DNA of 64,000 nt from Marsupella aquatica (Eukaryota > Plantae > Marchantiophyta), in NCBI GenBank assembly GCA_973895155.1, contig OZ316898.1, forward strand, positions 1,897,927-1,961,926, written 5' to 3'. A program made the position numbers and the translations under genes. The stretch's first letter is position 1. The number at the start of each line of letters is the position of its first letter. This document shows positions 1 through 11,295 of the stretch, piece by piece. Under the pieces are notes generated by a model that had not been told where the DNA came from, did no database searches, and saw only the letters and a list, made by a program, of their open reading frames with translations.

Positions 1-380
1 GACAACCCATAGAGACCAGCTACAACATTTTCAAATGCACCAGGCAGAACCTCACTTGCCCGTCTTGCAGCATTGGCAGCATCAAATTCTAACCTCCACT
101 CCTCGTCGGAAGAATCACCCTCTGCAGGATCATTCCAAACTCGATGTCGTGGATCTCTTCCATGAACCGCGATATGCCGCCAAACCTCATTCAGACCCCT
201 GGTACGGGATCCTTGGCAGATTGCACAAGGACATCTCATCCTACTGGCTCCTGAAAGTCTGGTTTGTAACCTTTCATGCTGCCAAAGCTTATTATCATGG
301 CGTGATATCCTTGTGGGATGATGCAAAGGCAGTGCCTGTGCCCTGGGCTGGGTCTGGGGAGGGTGGTGACCAGGGTGCAT
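1..380 (-). CDS. N-terminus of a CACTA/En-Spm TnpD-like transposase (transposase-associated Cys/His domain); partial, runs off the left edge
   Basis: Not in the ORF track because it has no stop in the window. Manual translation from ATG 380: MHPGHHPP...GASRMRCPCAICQGSRTRGLNEVWRHIAVHGRDPRHRVWNDPAEGDSSDEEW. The CPCxxC...H...G...W pattern matches the N-terminal domain of CACTA transposases. CACTA termini lie upstream on the same strand. Confidence 0.75.
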   Translation of the reverse strand, partial: MHPGHHPPQTQPRAQALPLHHPTRISRHDNKLWQHERLQTRLSGASRMRCPCAICQGSRTRGLNEVWRHIAVHGRDPRHRVWNDPAEGDSSDEEWRLEFDAANAARRASEVLPGAFENVVAGLYGL

Positions 381-813
381 TGTAACAGGCTGGGAGCTCT
401 GCAGTCATGGACAGCAGTGAACAAGGATGCCTAATGGTGGTATTTGTGTTCCATATATCCCTGACTGTATCTGCCAAAAGAGTTAACATAACGTGTACTA
501 AATTCTCACAAACCCTAAACCACCCCAAAAGAAAAAAACAGGTTCGCAAGTAGTGTACCTATTGTCAAGTGAATGACACAAAATTCCTAAATGTTGGAGG
601 GTGTCACCACCTCCTCCGCTGTCCTCAAATGTACCGCCTCTGCATGTACGTTTACAGTGACACCCCCAGGCAGCAGGAAACAACAATCCGCCAACAGTAA
701 AATAAGCCCAACTGCCACCAACCATAACAAGGTACATTAGTTCAAAGATCACATTTATTTCAATGATCTGATTTATACAAAAAAACTTGTGTCCAAACTG
801 ATGCTACTACTCC

Positions 814-1667
814 TCACTCTGATTCAGAATCGCTAATGACCCATTCCTCACTTGTTGTCTCATAGTCCTCTCTGTAAGGATCCTGACCCTTCCGTGGCCA
901 GGCCTCAAAAAGATCATAGTCCATTGGGTTTTGACGCTTCCCAGCTGCTACTGATTCCACAAGCCAAGCATATGAAACCACAAACACATTATGGGACATG
1001 ACATAAAAGCGAATGTCTCCCTTCCCAAACTTGCGGCAGGCTTTGGGATATGACTTAGTAATGACATGAGTGGTGTCCTTTGTTATATTCTCCTCCACTG
1101 TCCCACCTAGGTCAAGCACTGTGGACTTGTACACTTTGCACTTAACCTCTCCAATTCCCGCCTCCACAAATACCATGCTCAGCCCTTTCAGAATGGGGGT
1201 TGGTTGCTTCGTCTCCTCAACCAACATACTCTTCAGCCTTGTAGAGCTCTGTCCTTTGTTGAGTACAGGTCCATATTGGAGATCAACAAGCCGTGCCTTT
1301 GCTTCCCAGACTTCTTGTTCAGCCCAAGCTGATGCAGTAGCTTCTTCATCCTCCCACAACTCATATTGCTCAGTATCCTGTACAATCTTATGTGCTATGG
1401 AATCTGTGATCCAAGAGGCCTCAACTACTTTTAGGCCTTGCTTAGTAATTGCAGAATTCATGTAGGACCATGACCACTTCTTTATCACTGATAGCCATGT
1501 CCCTGCAACAACATGTGTAGTCTCTGGAGTGATGTCCTGAACTACAATCGTTTCTGTACAGTTGGCCAATGCACTTTGGTCAACCCATGCTGGCCATGGA
1601 CCAAAATCGCTCTGACCCCTGTAAACACTGCTGGGTGGTCACACTTTCTACGTTTACCAGGCTCCAT
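814..1667 (-). pseudogene. Tandem BRCT-domain ORF; first BRCT broken by a frameshift/deletion near 1545-1555
   Basis: BRCT2: ILKGLSMVFV...VLDLGGTVEENITKDTTHVIT...VVSYAWLVESVAAGKRQNPMDYDL. BRCT1 C-half: VVQDITPETTHVV...VVEASWITDSI. The BRCT1 N-half is in another frame from ATG 1667: MEPGKRRKCDHPAVFTGVRAILVH...WPTVQKRL. Confidence 0.8.
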
Positions 1668-2259
1668 GTACACACACTCTACGTGATGACAGTGAATTTT
1701 GGAAGAATGGGTTCACCTGACAATACAAGGACAACAAAATTCCTGCTTTTTGAGTTGATCTGGCCCACTGGTGCTCAGGTCCGATTTTGATAGGTACAAG
1801 GGATATGTGAACAATACGTACTAGGCACCTGCACGGATGCAGGACATTGTTTGAATATATACTACAAAATCCATATCCGTGGTGAAATGAAGTGCAACCA
1901 ACTTGTCATGGCACATACATATTTTGTTGTAAAGGAGGATACATTCAATGACAAACTTATAGGGCAATTTGATTAATTGCATGCCTGATAATTTATACGC
2001 TTACAACTTAGAAGTCCTGTTTTAATTTAGCAGTCTGATGAAAGTGTTTATGAAAATGACCACTCAGCCTAAATACTTCCAAGAAGGCTTGTAAGGATAA
2101 GTTTGTATAGGCATGTACCCAGCCACTGACGCCAGAGCACAAGATAAGTGCTGCCTATATAAACTCGCCTACCCAACTCCTTTTCAAAATTGGAATCTCT
2201 GCAATCTCAAAAAATAGTACATCCACATCAGGTGCACTGTGCATGTACAATGTTCAGCT

Positions 2260-2940
2260 TCACAGCCAAGATATGTGATCTCTCACAGGAGTGCGCGAGG
2301 TAGGATCAATGGCATGGCGATGACAATAAAATATCCATCGATCAACACCATGTGCAGAGTGATCATAGATTTCTCTGTCACAAGCATAACCCTCTGCTTG
2401 ATGATCTTTCAGGCAATGATAGTGCCACATAGTGGGACACCTAGCACAGTGGACTATGTCAGTCCAGTAGTCATCATCATGCTCACCACATGCCTTGCAC
2501 CTATGAAGTGGGCAAGCTGTGGCATGAGCAGGCAAACACTCAAAACAGAAAAATCTCACACAAAAACGGTCTGGACATTTCCTAACATTTGCTGCAGCAT
2601 CAACAGAGCCCTCATAGGACCCCAACTTCCCACACTGTGCACACTTAGCCTGCTTCTCCAAACAATCAGTGCACATCCAGTCTCCCTAGTGTGTTGACGG
2701 GAGGCCCACCCCTGGACAGTTGTTTTCTGCAGCAAGGTCAGACTCCGGGTTGAGGTGGAAATGCCTCATGCAAGGGCCCTCACAAATGACCAGGCCCCCA
2801 CCATCGTCACAAATGGCACAACAATGAGCTGCCTTCTGGAAAATCTGACTTGCAGAGAAGTTAGTAGCATCTGCCCCAAGTACACCTGTGTTTCTCACCT
2901 CTGTCACACGCTTTTTGGCTTGAATTTTAGGCCGTGCCAT
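2260..2940 (-). pseudogene. Intronless EDM2-like PHD-finger cassette (~226 codons) with one in-frame TAG at 2686-2688
   Basis: ORFs 2686-2940 and 2260-2676 share a frame. CAICDDGGGLVICEGPCMRHFH...CTDCLEKQAKCAQCGKLGS...CPLHRCKAC...HCARCPTMWHYHCL...IFYCHRHAIDPTSRTPVRDHI follows the motif order I recall for the plant EDM2 PHD region, including its TPVRDH tail. Confidence 0.8.
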
Positions 2941-2951
2941 GCCTGCGCATG

Positions 2952-3095
2952 AGATAGACTCTACAATTTAGCAGACTGCACAGAAAGTAAAATATATTTA
3001 GCATTTAAGGTACAAAGGCATTTAGATAGACTCTACAATTTAGCAGACTGCACAGAAAGTAAAATATATTTAGCATTTAAGGTACAAAGGCATTT
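2952..3095. repeat. Perfect 72-bp tandem duplication
   Basis: agatagactctacaatttagcagactgcacag...ggtacaaaggcattt occurs at 2952 and 3024. Confidence 0.95.
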
Positions 3096-3710
3096 GCTAC
3101 TGCAATGAATTGGAATGGCCACACAAGGATGCAGAGCACACATACTTTTGGTATGTTGAGCCCACACACAAAACTGATCCCCTAATACAATTTCTCCACC
3201 AACACCTCAATTTTAATTGTGGCTATGATTCACCAAAGGAGATCTGCAACAACATTTCATGCATTTGAATCACATACAATAGTCGTGACATGTAAAACAG
3301 GCATTCTTCGAAGAGGATTGGTATGAAGCAGTGTCATAAGGGTTGAAATTTATACATCCTAAATAGGTTATGATAGTGGCTGAGACAAATAAGTGAGGCA
3401 TAAATCATTTTGCATATTATCACATGGCCCATTAATTCATTCAACGTTGCAATGTTCACCAGGTTAAAGCAGTCATGAAAGCAGTCTTTCAATAGAGACT
3501 TTTATGCGAGTTTGCTAGCCTCTTAAATTAGGATATTTTGCTTAGTGCAGGCATAATAGGATATAAGTTATGTACTGTTGACCCTAAACCCTGGACCCAA
3601 AATTGCTCATACATCAAAATTTTAAGTAAATATCCTCTGTGTTGAAGTCAGAGTGTTAAGCTATAGGTCAATGGTATCTGGTCTGTGCATGCGGTGTGAC
3701 AAGTGGTCCT

Positions 3711-4160
3711 CTAGAGCATGTGATCCAAACATGTGTAGACACCAAAGTCACCGGTGGTGGGGTCTGGGAGGGCAGGACAAGTGACATCACCAGGCACACT
3801 GCAGGATGGCGAGTGGTTCCAGATGATACATTGTGCTCTGTGCAAAAATCGGCATCCAAGAGAACGGTCATCCAATTATGGGCCAGAAGCCCTACAGGCA
3901 GGACAGTCATATTGGCAACTGTGTACACACCCTTGGCACCTAATTTGTGGCGGGTCATGTACAAGAGACACAAATACCAAGGATGTCGGGAAGGGTACTG
4001 AAGCAGGTAGAGGCCGGCTGTAGTTGTTCCTGGAAACAACAGGGTACTCAAAGTACCATGCAGACTAGGCTGGAAGGATCCCAAGTCTGACATACTCAAG
4101 GCGCAACATCTCTGCCTTGCGTGCAAGTCGCACATGTTCAGCGTTGCGGGTCCTCACCAT
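3711..4160 (-). pseudogene. Decayed Cys/His-rich (zinc-finger-like) ORF, ~149 aa, two nonsense codons
   Basis: Manual translation: MVRTRNAEHVRLARKAEMLRLEYVRLGILPA*SAWYFEYP...RCQGCVHSCQYDCPACRASGP*LDDRSLGCRFLHRAQC...GVYTCLDHML*. Stops are TAG (4065-67) and TAA (3876-78), each one C>T change from Gln. Confidence 0.45.
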
Positions 4161-5168
4161 AAGTGTTGCTTTCGTTGTGATGTCCTCTGTTCACGTCCTT
4201 TGATGAGCAAGGTGAGCAGGAGGTCGACTTGCCTCGCCAACAGCAACCACCTAAACTAATCAGTTCCCACTCATTGTCTTGGTTCCAACTACAGGTCATA
4301 GTATACACATAGCATGAAACGTGCATAGTACATATTTGATTCTGAGTTTATGAGTTTCCTAAGACAAAGAGCTTGGTGATAAACCCATATTCTCGACGGA
4401 CATGTATATCAATCATATTAAACTCCTGTTTTTTCATCCAGAAAGACCGAAAGTCTCACCTTGCAGGTTGCAGCAGAGAGAAAATTCACTGGTTGTCGTG
4501 TTGTGCAAGTGAACCTCCACTGATGCCCCGGTGTAGCCCCTCAGATGCAGGTGACACTTACCAACTCCCAAGTTGCCTGGTCTAACAGAAAATGCTTATA
4601 TCTTCAGAACTTTATAGAGCAAGTACATGATCACATACTTCTGGATCTATTCATATTTGGAACTCTTGCCAACTACAACTCCCATTATGCACAAGCTCAC
4701 ATCAACAGAGAAAGATACAGAATGCATACTTACTATGGCTCTAAGCACCTTCACTACCTTGTTGAACCCAGTCCTGAAGTCTTTTCAACGTGTTTGTTGT
4801 GCTGTCTCCTTTGGCACCCAACACCTTAGTCCTTGATGTAACAGAATGCGATTTTACAAGTTAGATGCTTTGGAACCTTCTATGGTCTTAGCTGAATTGA
4901 TGTCATCGTAAGTGGTGAAAGACAAGGAAGACGAAAGCTGGTTGAAGAGCTGTGGACAACACACTAGCATGAAGTGCTTCAACCAATCCACTGCCAAACG
5001 GAACTTTTACACAGTCACATTCTTTTAGTAAACAAAAACTCAGTCAAACTTCAGAATCAAAGTACAGACTCTGAAGGACCAAAGGAGGATGTTGTGAGTT
5101 TCTCTGTTGTTTAATGTGTTACCCTTCTAGTTTCGAAGTTAGCAAATGCTGAATAATGTGTCTACCAG

Positions 5169-5511
5169 ATCTTCGAAAAGAAGCCCACCACAATTAAGAA
5201 CTTCGGTATCTGGGTCCACGTATCAGAGTCGTACAGGTTATCACAACATGTACAAGGAATATTGTGATACCACAAGAAACGGAGCTGCAGAGCAGATGTA
5301 TGATGAGATGGCTTCTTGTCATAGAGTTCGGTTCCCTTGCATCCAGATCATGAAGACTACGACAGTCCCTGTCTCTCTGTGCAAGCGAGAAAGTACCAAG
5401 CAGTTCCATGATTCAAAGATCAAGTTCCCCTTGACGTACTGCAAGATTCAACCTCCATTGCGAAAGCTAAAGAAGACTTACAAGGCCACCAAGCCCAACA
5501 CAATTGTTTGA
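5169..5511 (+). pseudogene. RPL18A: 60S ribosomal protein L18a (eL20) last-exon fragment, frameshifted
   Basis: After an AG at 5167-68: [17 protein letters not shown], a frameshift at ~5220, then [61 protein letters not shown]. No N-terminal exons seen. Confidence 0.9.
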
Positions 5512-8500
5512 GTAGTGCGGGTGCAGGTTCCCAATTTTGAGACAATTTGGCTCATTTTGTCCCGAGGGAATCCTGGAGTTTATGTATTGAGTTTCTAGGT
5601 GAAGATGCTTAATATAAGGAAATTCAATTATCACTTCGTTCCCAACTTCTATTAATTGAAAATACACAAGCTGGAAGCAAGAAGACAAGCCACAATCTAG
5701 CATCTTAGCCAAACACAATCGTCCCGACAAAGCAAAACTCAGCTGGACAGAAGTCACTCGGATCCACAAAAAATTGAAGATTCACCTCCAAGCCGGAGGC
5801 TGATCACTTCAGTACAGCAGCTTCTAGACGGAACAAACTCTGCTCAGCCCCACAGAAACACAAATGTTAAGGCTCCAAGTCAGAGCTCACAAACAGAAAC
5901 TCAGATAAATAACATTCTGTCCAGATTTGTGCAAAGTGTACATATTCATTCTTCTGGAATGAACACGCAATGCATACATCACCTAGACACAGTCATTATA
6001 AATCATTGGGCGATTGGGGACCACTAAGCAGGTGTGTTCCTATTTCGAGGCTACAGGAAAGGATAGAGTGACACCAAACTCAAGAGTACACCAAAAGAAA
6101 AACAGCAAGAACCAAAGTCAATCATGTGTGGATAAACTGCACATGGGAAGTTCCCCTGAAGAAGCATCAGTTGCTAACATTGTCACCCGAACCACACCTA
6201 GTTTATGACCTCAATGTCTTCAGCCTCAATATCCAATCCTCAGCCCCCTGGTGCTTCCGTGTTTGTTCTGAAAATTTCTGTGATGAAATAATTATTCAAT
6301 ACATTCAATAGGAGTTCAGACAATCTGAAGAGGACTTTGGACTTGAATGGGGGACAGCGTGGCCATATAGTTATCCTTGTGGCCTTCAGCTACGTGTCTT
6401 ACGCTGAATTTCACTTTCCAGTTTCGAGAGTTGTGAAGGTCTAGTTTTAGTAACTTCCTCCTGACTCGACTTGGGAGCATTCTCTGTATTTGCCAGCTTG
6501 TAGTTAGCTTTGACTCCTTTCAGCTTAGTTGACGACCCTCTTGAGATATTAACAATTAATATCAAAGGCATTGAAACAAAGCGGGTGGCAGTTTCAGTAT
6601 CTCAGGCAATGCAAAATTAATCCATACTTAATCAGCCCTGGCCACACATTCCTTCAAAGCCCCTCATACTAGCAAGCAGGTCTGGCCTGTGAATCTTGTA
6701 GTGCTTAACGATACAAAGCCTTCCCAAGTACCAATTCAAAAGTAGCAGAAATAGATCGAAAGCTAGTTTCGATGATAGCTCCCAAAAGCTTTCCTCAGCC
6801 CGATTCCTATGCACATCAGAGGAGCTCAAACCATTTAGAAATGAGATCACAGATTACTCTTGACAATCTCAAAAATGCCACAACCTAAGCACTGACAGCT
6901 CCGTCCCCCCATTCTAATTTCTCCGACAAGTTTGCCTTAAAGCACATCCACTCGCAGTTCAAGCAGATTCAGAATCATCATAGACAATAGAGTGTTCTAC
7001 CATAGCCCACGGTAGGTCCACGACCATCGTAACAAACGCTCCACCCCCGGGGCTTATTAGTATTGCTCACTTTTAAGAAGGGCAGTTTTCGCAAAAGCAG
7101 TCTAATTGCCTAGACTGCACTAGAAAAGTTGGAGGCAATATCACAGCGGAGCATTCTGCGTCTAAGGGAGAGCGACGCCGTTCAGGAGATAGATGCGCGA
7201 GAGAGTGAAGATGGTGGGGAGCGGAAGACGGGTTGGGACTGGACCCTTGGTGCCGGTGGGTAATATGTGGGGTTTCAATGAACAATGGGCCAATTTGAGG
7301 AGGATTAAGAAGCGCGCACCCCACGTTCTTGTGTGGTGGTTGGGTGGGGTTTTGTTTGATAGAAGAAGAAATCACCATTCTCTTATGGAAGAAAGAAAAT
7401 CGCAGGAAACAGTGGGCGGGAGAACAAGGCATGTAATAGAGAACAACGAGGCATGTAATAGAGTACTTGCGGTTACTCTAACGGTGCACGAACACTCACC
7501 TTTGTCTTCCGCTTTGTCTGCTGTGGCCAACAAATCCCAGAGCGCTGCCGAGCTTGGTGGTTGCTTGATGGTTGAAAGTGCGTAGCTCACGTCCCTACCT
7601 CAATGTCCAACTCAATGTGGGATGCAGCAGCTTCTCTTGGTCGCATCTCCTCTTCGTCGCATCTCCTCTTGGTTGCATCTCCTCCTTGTCGCAGCTCCTC
7701 TTGGGGTTCACAGCTAGCGCGCAGCAGCGCTCGATGGTTGACAATGCGCAGCTGAGCTAGGAGAAGAACTGAATGACTGTGGCTGCTCTTCTCTGCAGTC
7801 CAAGCACCCGGCTGGCAGAATGCTACGACACCTGAAAGAAGCGCACTTTCAGCTGCATGGCCGGGACTAGTAGAAACCGTTGACGGTGAAGGGCATTCTC
7901 GGTTTGGACCTCCTCTCTCCAACCCCTTCTAACCCGCACCTCCAAAGTTGATTCGGGAGTTGATTAGCAATAACGTCGCTCCTATGCCAAAGGCACCAAG
8001 AACCAAGCCAAAAGAAAGGGTTTAGCAAAGGGAGAGCGATGTAGTGTGCACTGATCAATGACTCAAAGTTGACGTCGAACCCTCCATTGCGCTAGCTATT
8101 GGCGATTGCCACACAGAGAGCAGCCGTATGTAGCAAACTGTAATGCAGATACTCCCGTCAAAGGTCGATGCGTCACACTCAGCTTTAGAGGAAGGATAAA
8201 CGATTGAGCAGCATTGCATTGTGCAAAAATGTTGGAGAAGCACATTGCTTCCAGGCCCGAGCTCACCTCCTTCCCCTTTCACCACTTCGCAGCTCCTCCA
8301 AGAGACATTCACTCAAGGGCACATCACGCAGTTGCTTGCCCTCCTCAGAAGCTCAACACCACAGCCACCAAAGTTGTCAGCTCCCACTGCAACTGAACAG
8401 GTCACTACCAAAAGCCCGCTCCCACCGCAGTTGAACAAGTGAGCGACACAAGAGTGTAGGACCTCCGCCAAGCCCAGGGCAGCAGCTCAATGAAACTCAA

Positions 8501-10340
8501 TTTGCAACTCGTCTCACTCTCGCTCTTGCTGCAAAGAAAAAAAAGCGCAGGTCAAACTCCTTTGTGGCCTCAGTCCCCACCGCTTTCCCCAAGCTATGGA
8601 CAACTACTAGCAGCTTGCGCTCACAGCATGACATCCAGGTCTTTAGCCAACTGCACACTGGAAACCGAGAGAAGTGAGCGCAGTCACGCAAGGCCAAAAA
8701 AGACCAAAGTTGAGCCAAAGCAAAACTTTACTAATGTATTTACAGTCAAGCATGAGGGCAATCAGGTAAGCAGAAGACCACGCATTCCCGCAAAGAGTTG
8801 TAGGTTCTCGTCACTTCCTCGCCTCTGTATAGAAGGTCGATCGTTGTATCTCGGGTACCCAATGATAGTGGAGATGAATGCAAATAGGCCTCACCAATCG
8901 CCAGTCATCCACGATAAACCTCCCGACAACCTTGCTCCTATACACCTTAGCACCCGCGTTGTCACCACAGGAAAGACGAATGTAAGATTTAGGGCCCACC
9001 TAAACCCTATAGTGAGATTGCAGTCGACAATGGGTCATATAGCAAAGGTCGAAGCTCCAAGCCCTACGCAATGACATGAAATCCCACCTCCAAAAGCGCT
9101 AAATGTATTGACTGAGTGCGATCAGGTGCAAGAGTCGAGAGCAACTAAGGAAAAGTGCATTATCGGGCGCAAAGTGTTTGGCCTTGGATTCCCTTGCAGA
9201 AACGTGAAGGAAAACCCTGGTGGTAGCCGTCGACACTTTGTGCAATTTTCCTTTACAAAATCCGTTTACCCTAAACATTGAGTCGACTGGAAGGACTCGT
9301 TCATAGGCATTCTGCAAGCACCTAACACATTTAGACGTAAGTTCACAGTTAGGATTAAACGGTAACTAAGACCAAGGGTGCATGCATTTGTTTTTGGGGG
9401 GGGGCTTTTAGTTGGGTATTTTGGGTATAGTCATTGGGTTAGATAAATATCCTAAGTCACCCAGATGGCAAAAAACAACACCTACCCTTAAACTCACCCT
9501 CCTCAAGCATAAACCCTCTGAAAACCCATTGGACATTTGGAGTCATTGGCAAAAGAGGGTTAAATGGATGAAGAATGGACCGGGGGGGATGGATGCCGAC
9601 GATCCAATGGTCCCTAAACCCCCATCCCCTTAACATGCAACCCCCGACCCTTGACATCAAACCCCCCCTAAACCCCCTTTAGTGAAAACCCAGCCACCCC
9701 CTAGCCTTGACATATAAACCCCCTAAACGTCTTGACAACTCGACTGTGGCTAGACTATCTTTGCAATGCCAGGGGCCATTTTTAGAGTGCCGCTTGCAAG
9801 CTCAGGCTCTCAAGATCCTCCCAAGGCAGCAAACAAGTTAGGGTCCCTAAACATGTTCCTTTACCCTAAATCATTGCGTCACTATTTCAATCGAGTGTTC
9901 TTCGGCTGGACAACCCCCTAACCCTAAACCCACACCCCCTTGAGACCGGTACAAATCTACCTTTGTGCATCTCAGCCTTTTATAGATGGAGTTAGTAATC
10001 GATCCCTCCGTAGTCCACCCTCCATGAACCTCACTCCAAACCCTTTTTGGTCACAAATAAGGCCATTTATTGAGTTATGCCCCTTGCTATCACCCTCTTT
10101 ATAGAATTACCCCTCCTCAACATAAGTGAACATTACCCATGATGTGCTAGACTATTCACCGTTCACAAAGTAGCAAGGTTACTTCTCATAGTCTTTTAGT
10201 GAACTATAAAACACTAATAGTCTTTTGTAGTCTTCAACAAAACCGGTGCAATGGGTGCGAGTCGTTTCAAGTATGGAAAAAGGACTTAGTGGGCTTAGTC
10301 CTATAAGGTATGGTCTAAATTGCCCCGGTTTCTACTAGTG

Positions 10341-11295
10341 TGTGAAAACTTTCCCGCTCATGAAACAACAAGACTCTCACTTTGCGGGCGCACTCTCTCT
10401 TTCTCCAAGTCCCTCCACAAAAGCTTTTGGCAGTCAAAAGTTTAGGGCAAAAGCTATTGCCAGTTGTATCAACTTGCAATTGCGCAACATGGTTCATTGG
10501 AAGAGGGCTTCCGATAGAGAAATTGATGCAACGGCATTGCATTGTGCACTTAAGGAAAAAGAGGTCCTAAATTGGGCCCTTCAATATTCCCATATGAAGG
10601 GGGTTCCATTTGATATTGGCTAATTATGGGGTATATATGCAGAGCAAATTTTTAAAATGAGTTAGTGGATGAAGTGAGTTTTAATATGTGTGTGAGCAGT
10701 ATGTGACAAGTACCACTAATTGGTTGTGGTGACTTTTTTAAGGTAACTATGTATGTAGAGTATTAGGGTTTAGGGTGCATCATTATTTTTGGGGGCATGG
10801 CACAAATTTTCACACCTTTTTGAACTCAGTTGCGGCCGTGTACATGAATGTTAACTTAAATTTGGTTGGTTCTTGTCTAGCTAGAATCACAAATTTGCCC
10901 TACTTACCTAAACTTCAATTAGGGTAAAAATGTCATGTATACTTTCTTACAGGGGAACAATAAAGAGCAACTCAGTGATGGTTAAAGCAAAAGGAGGTAA
11001 CTATATATAATTGCATGACATAATGTGATTAATATGATGGATCCAAAATCATATGTATTGGGCAAGGAAATCATGTAAGTCATGGTCACTTATATAACTT
11101 CAATATACTTGCCTTAACTCAGTTACAGAAGCAACTTTCCCAATAGTTAAATACATGACTTCCCAGAACTTCACCAAAAGTGAGTCAAGAAGATGTAACA
11201 AAGATGACACCCTAAACCTTGGAGTCACTTATTTTCAAAGGTCTCACACAAGTCATGTAAGGCTGGGTCTCAGAATGGCTCGGTTTCTTCTAGTG
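10341..11295 (-). mobile_element. Second CACTA terminus with subterminal repeats (outer element)
   Basis: 11281-11295 cggtttcttctagtg is the reverse complement of CACTAGAAGAAACCG. Repeated (AAG)TCATGTAA/TACATGACTT motifs at ~10930-11260. The terminus abuts the Copia integrase frame exactly. Confidence 0.75.

Larger units (their letters stand above)
1..10340 (-). mobile_element. CACTA/En-Spm DNA transposon (inner), 5' portion with accessory/cargo ORFs; other end outside the window
   Basis: 10326-10340 cggtttctactagtg is the reverse complement of CACTAGTAGAAACCG. Short TAGTC/GACTA subterminal-like repeats at ~10150-10300. Transposase N-terminus at 1-380 in matching orientation. Confidence 0.65.

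Noticed and set aside
4545-4890. Possible PCI-domain (eIF3m/CSN7-like) fragments: LLDLFIFGTLANY, STEKDTECIL
   Set aside because: Very short matches in different frames and in the wrong order; cannot be supported without a search.
6694-6703. Reverse-complement CACTACAAGA as a CACTA terminus
   Set aside because: The match stops at 10 bp and no subterminal repeats adjoin it.
7865-7879. gACTAGTAGAAACCG, a 14-bp inverted match to the 10340 terminus, as the left end of a 2.5-kb CACTA
   Set aside because: First base is not C, flanks (CGG vs TGT) give no TSD, and there are no subterminal repeats. Unresolved, so not called.
5800-9400. Many 60-190 aa ORFs inside the CACTA
   Set aside because: No recognisable motifs; may be further cargo but cannot be assigned.
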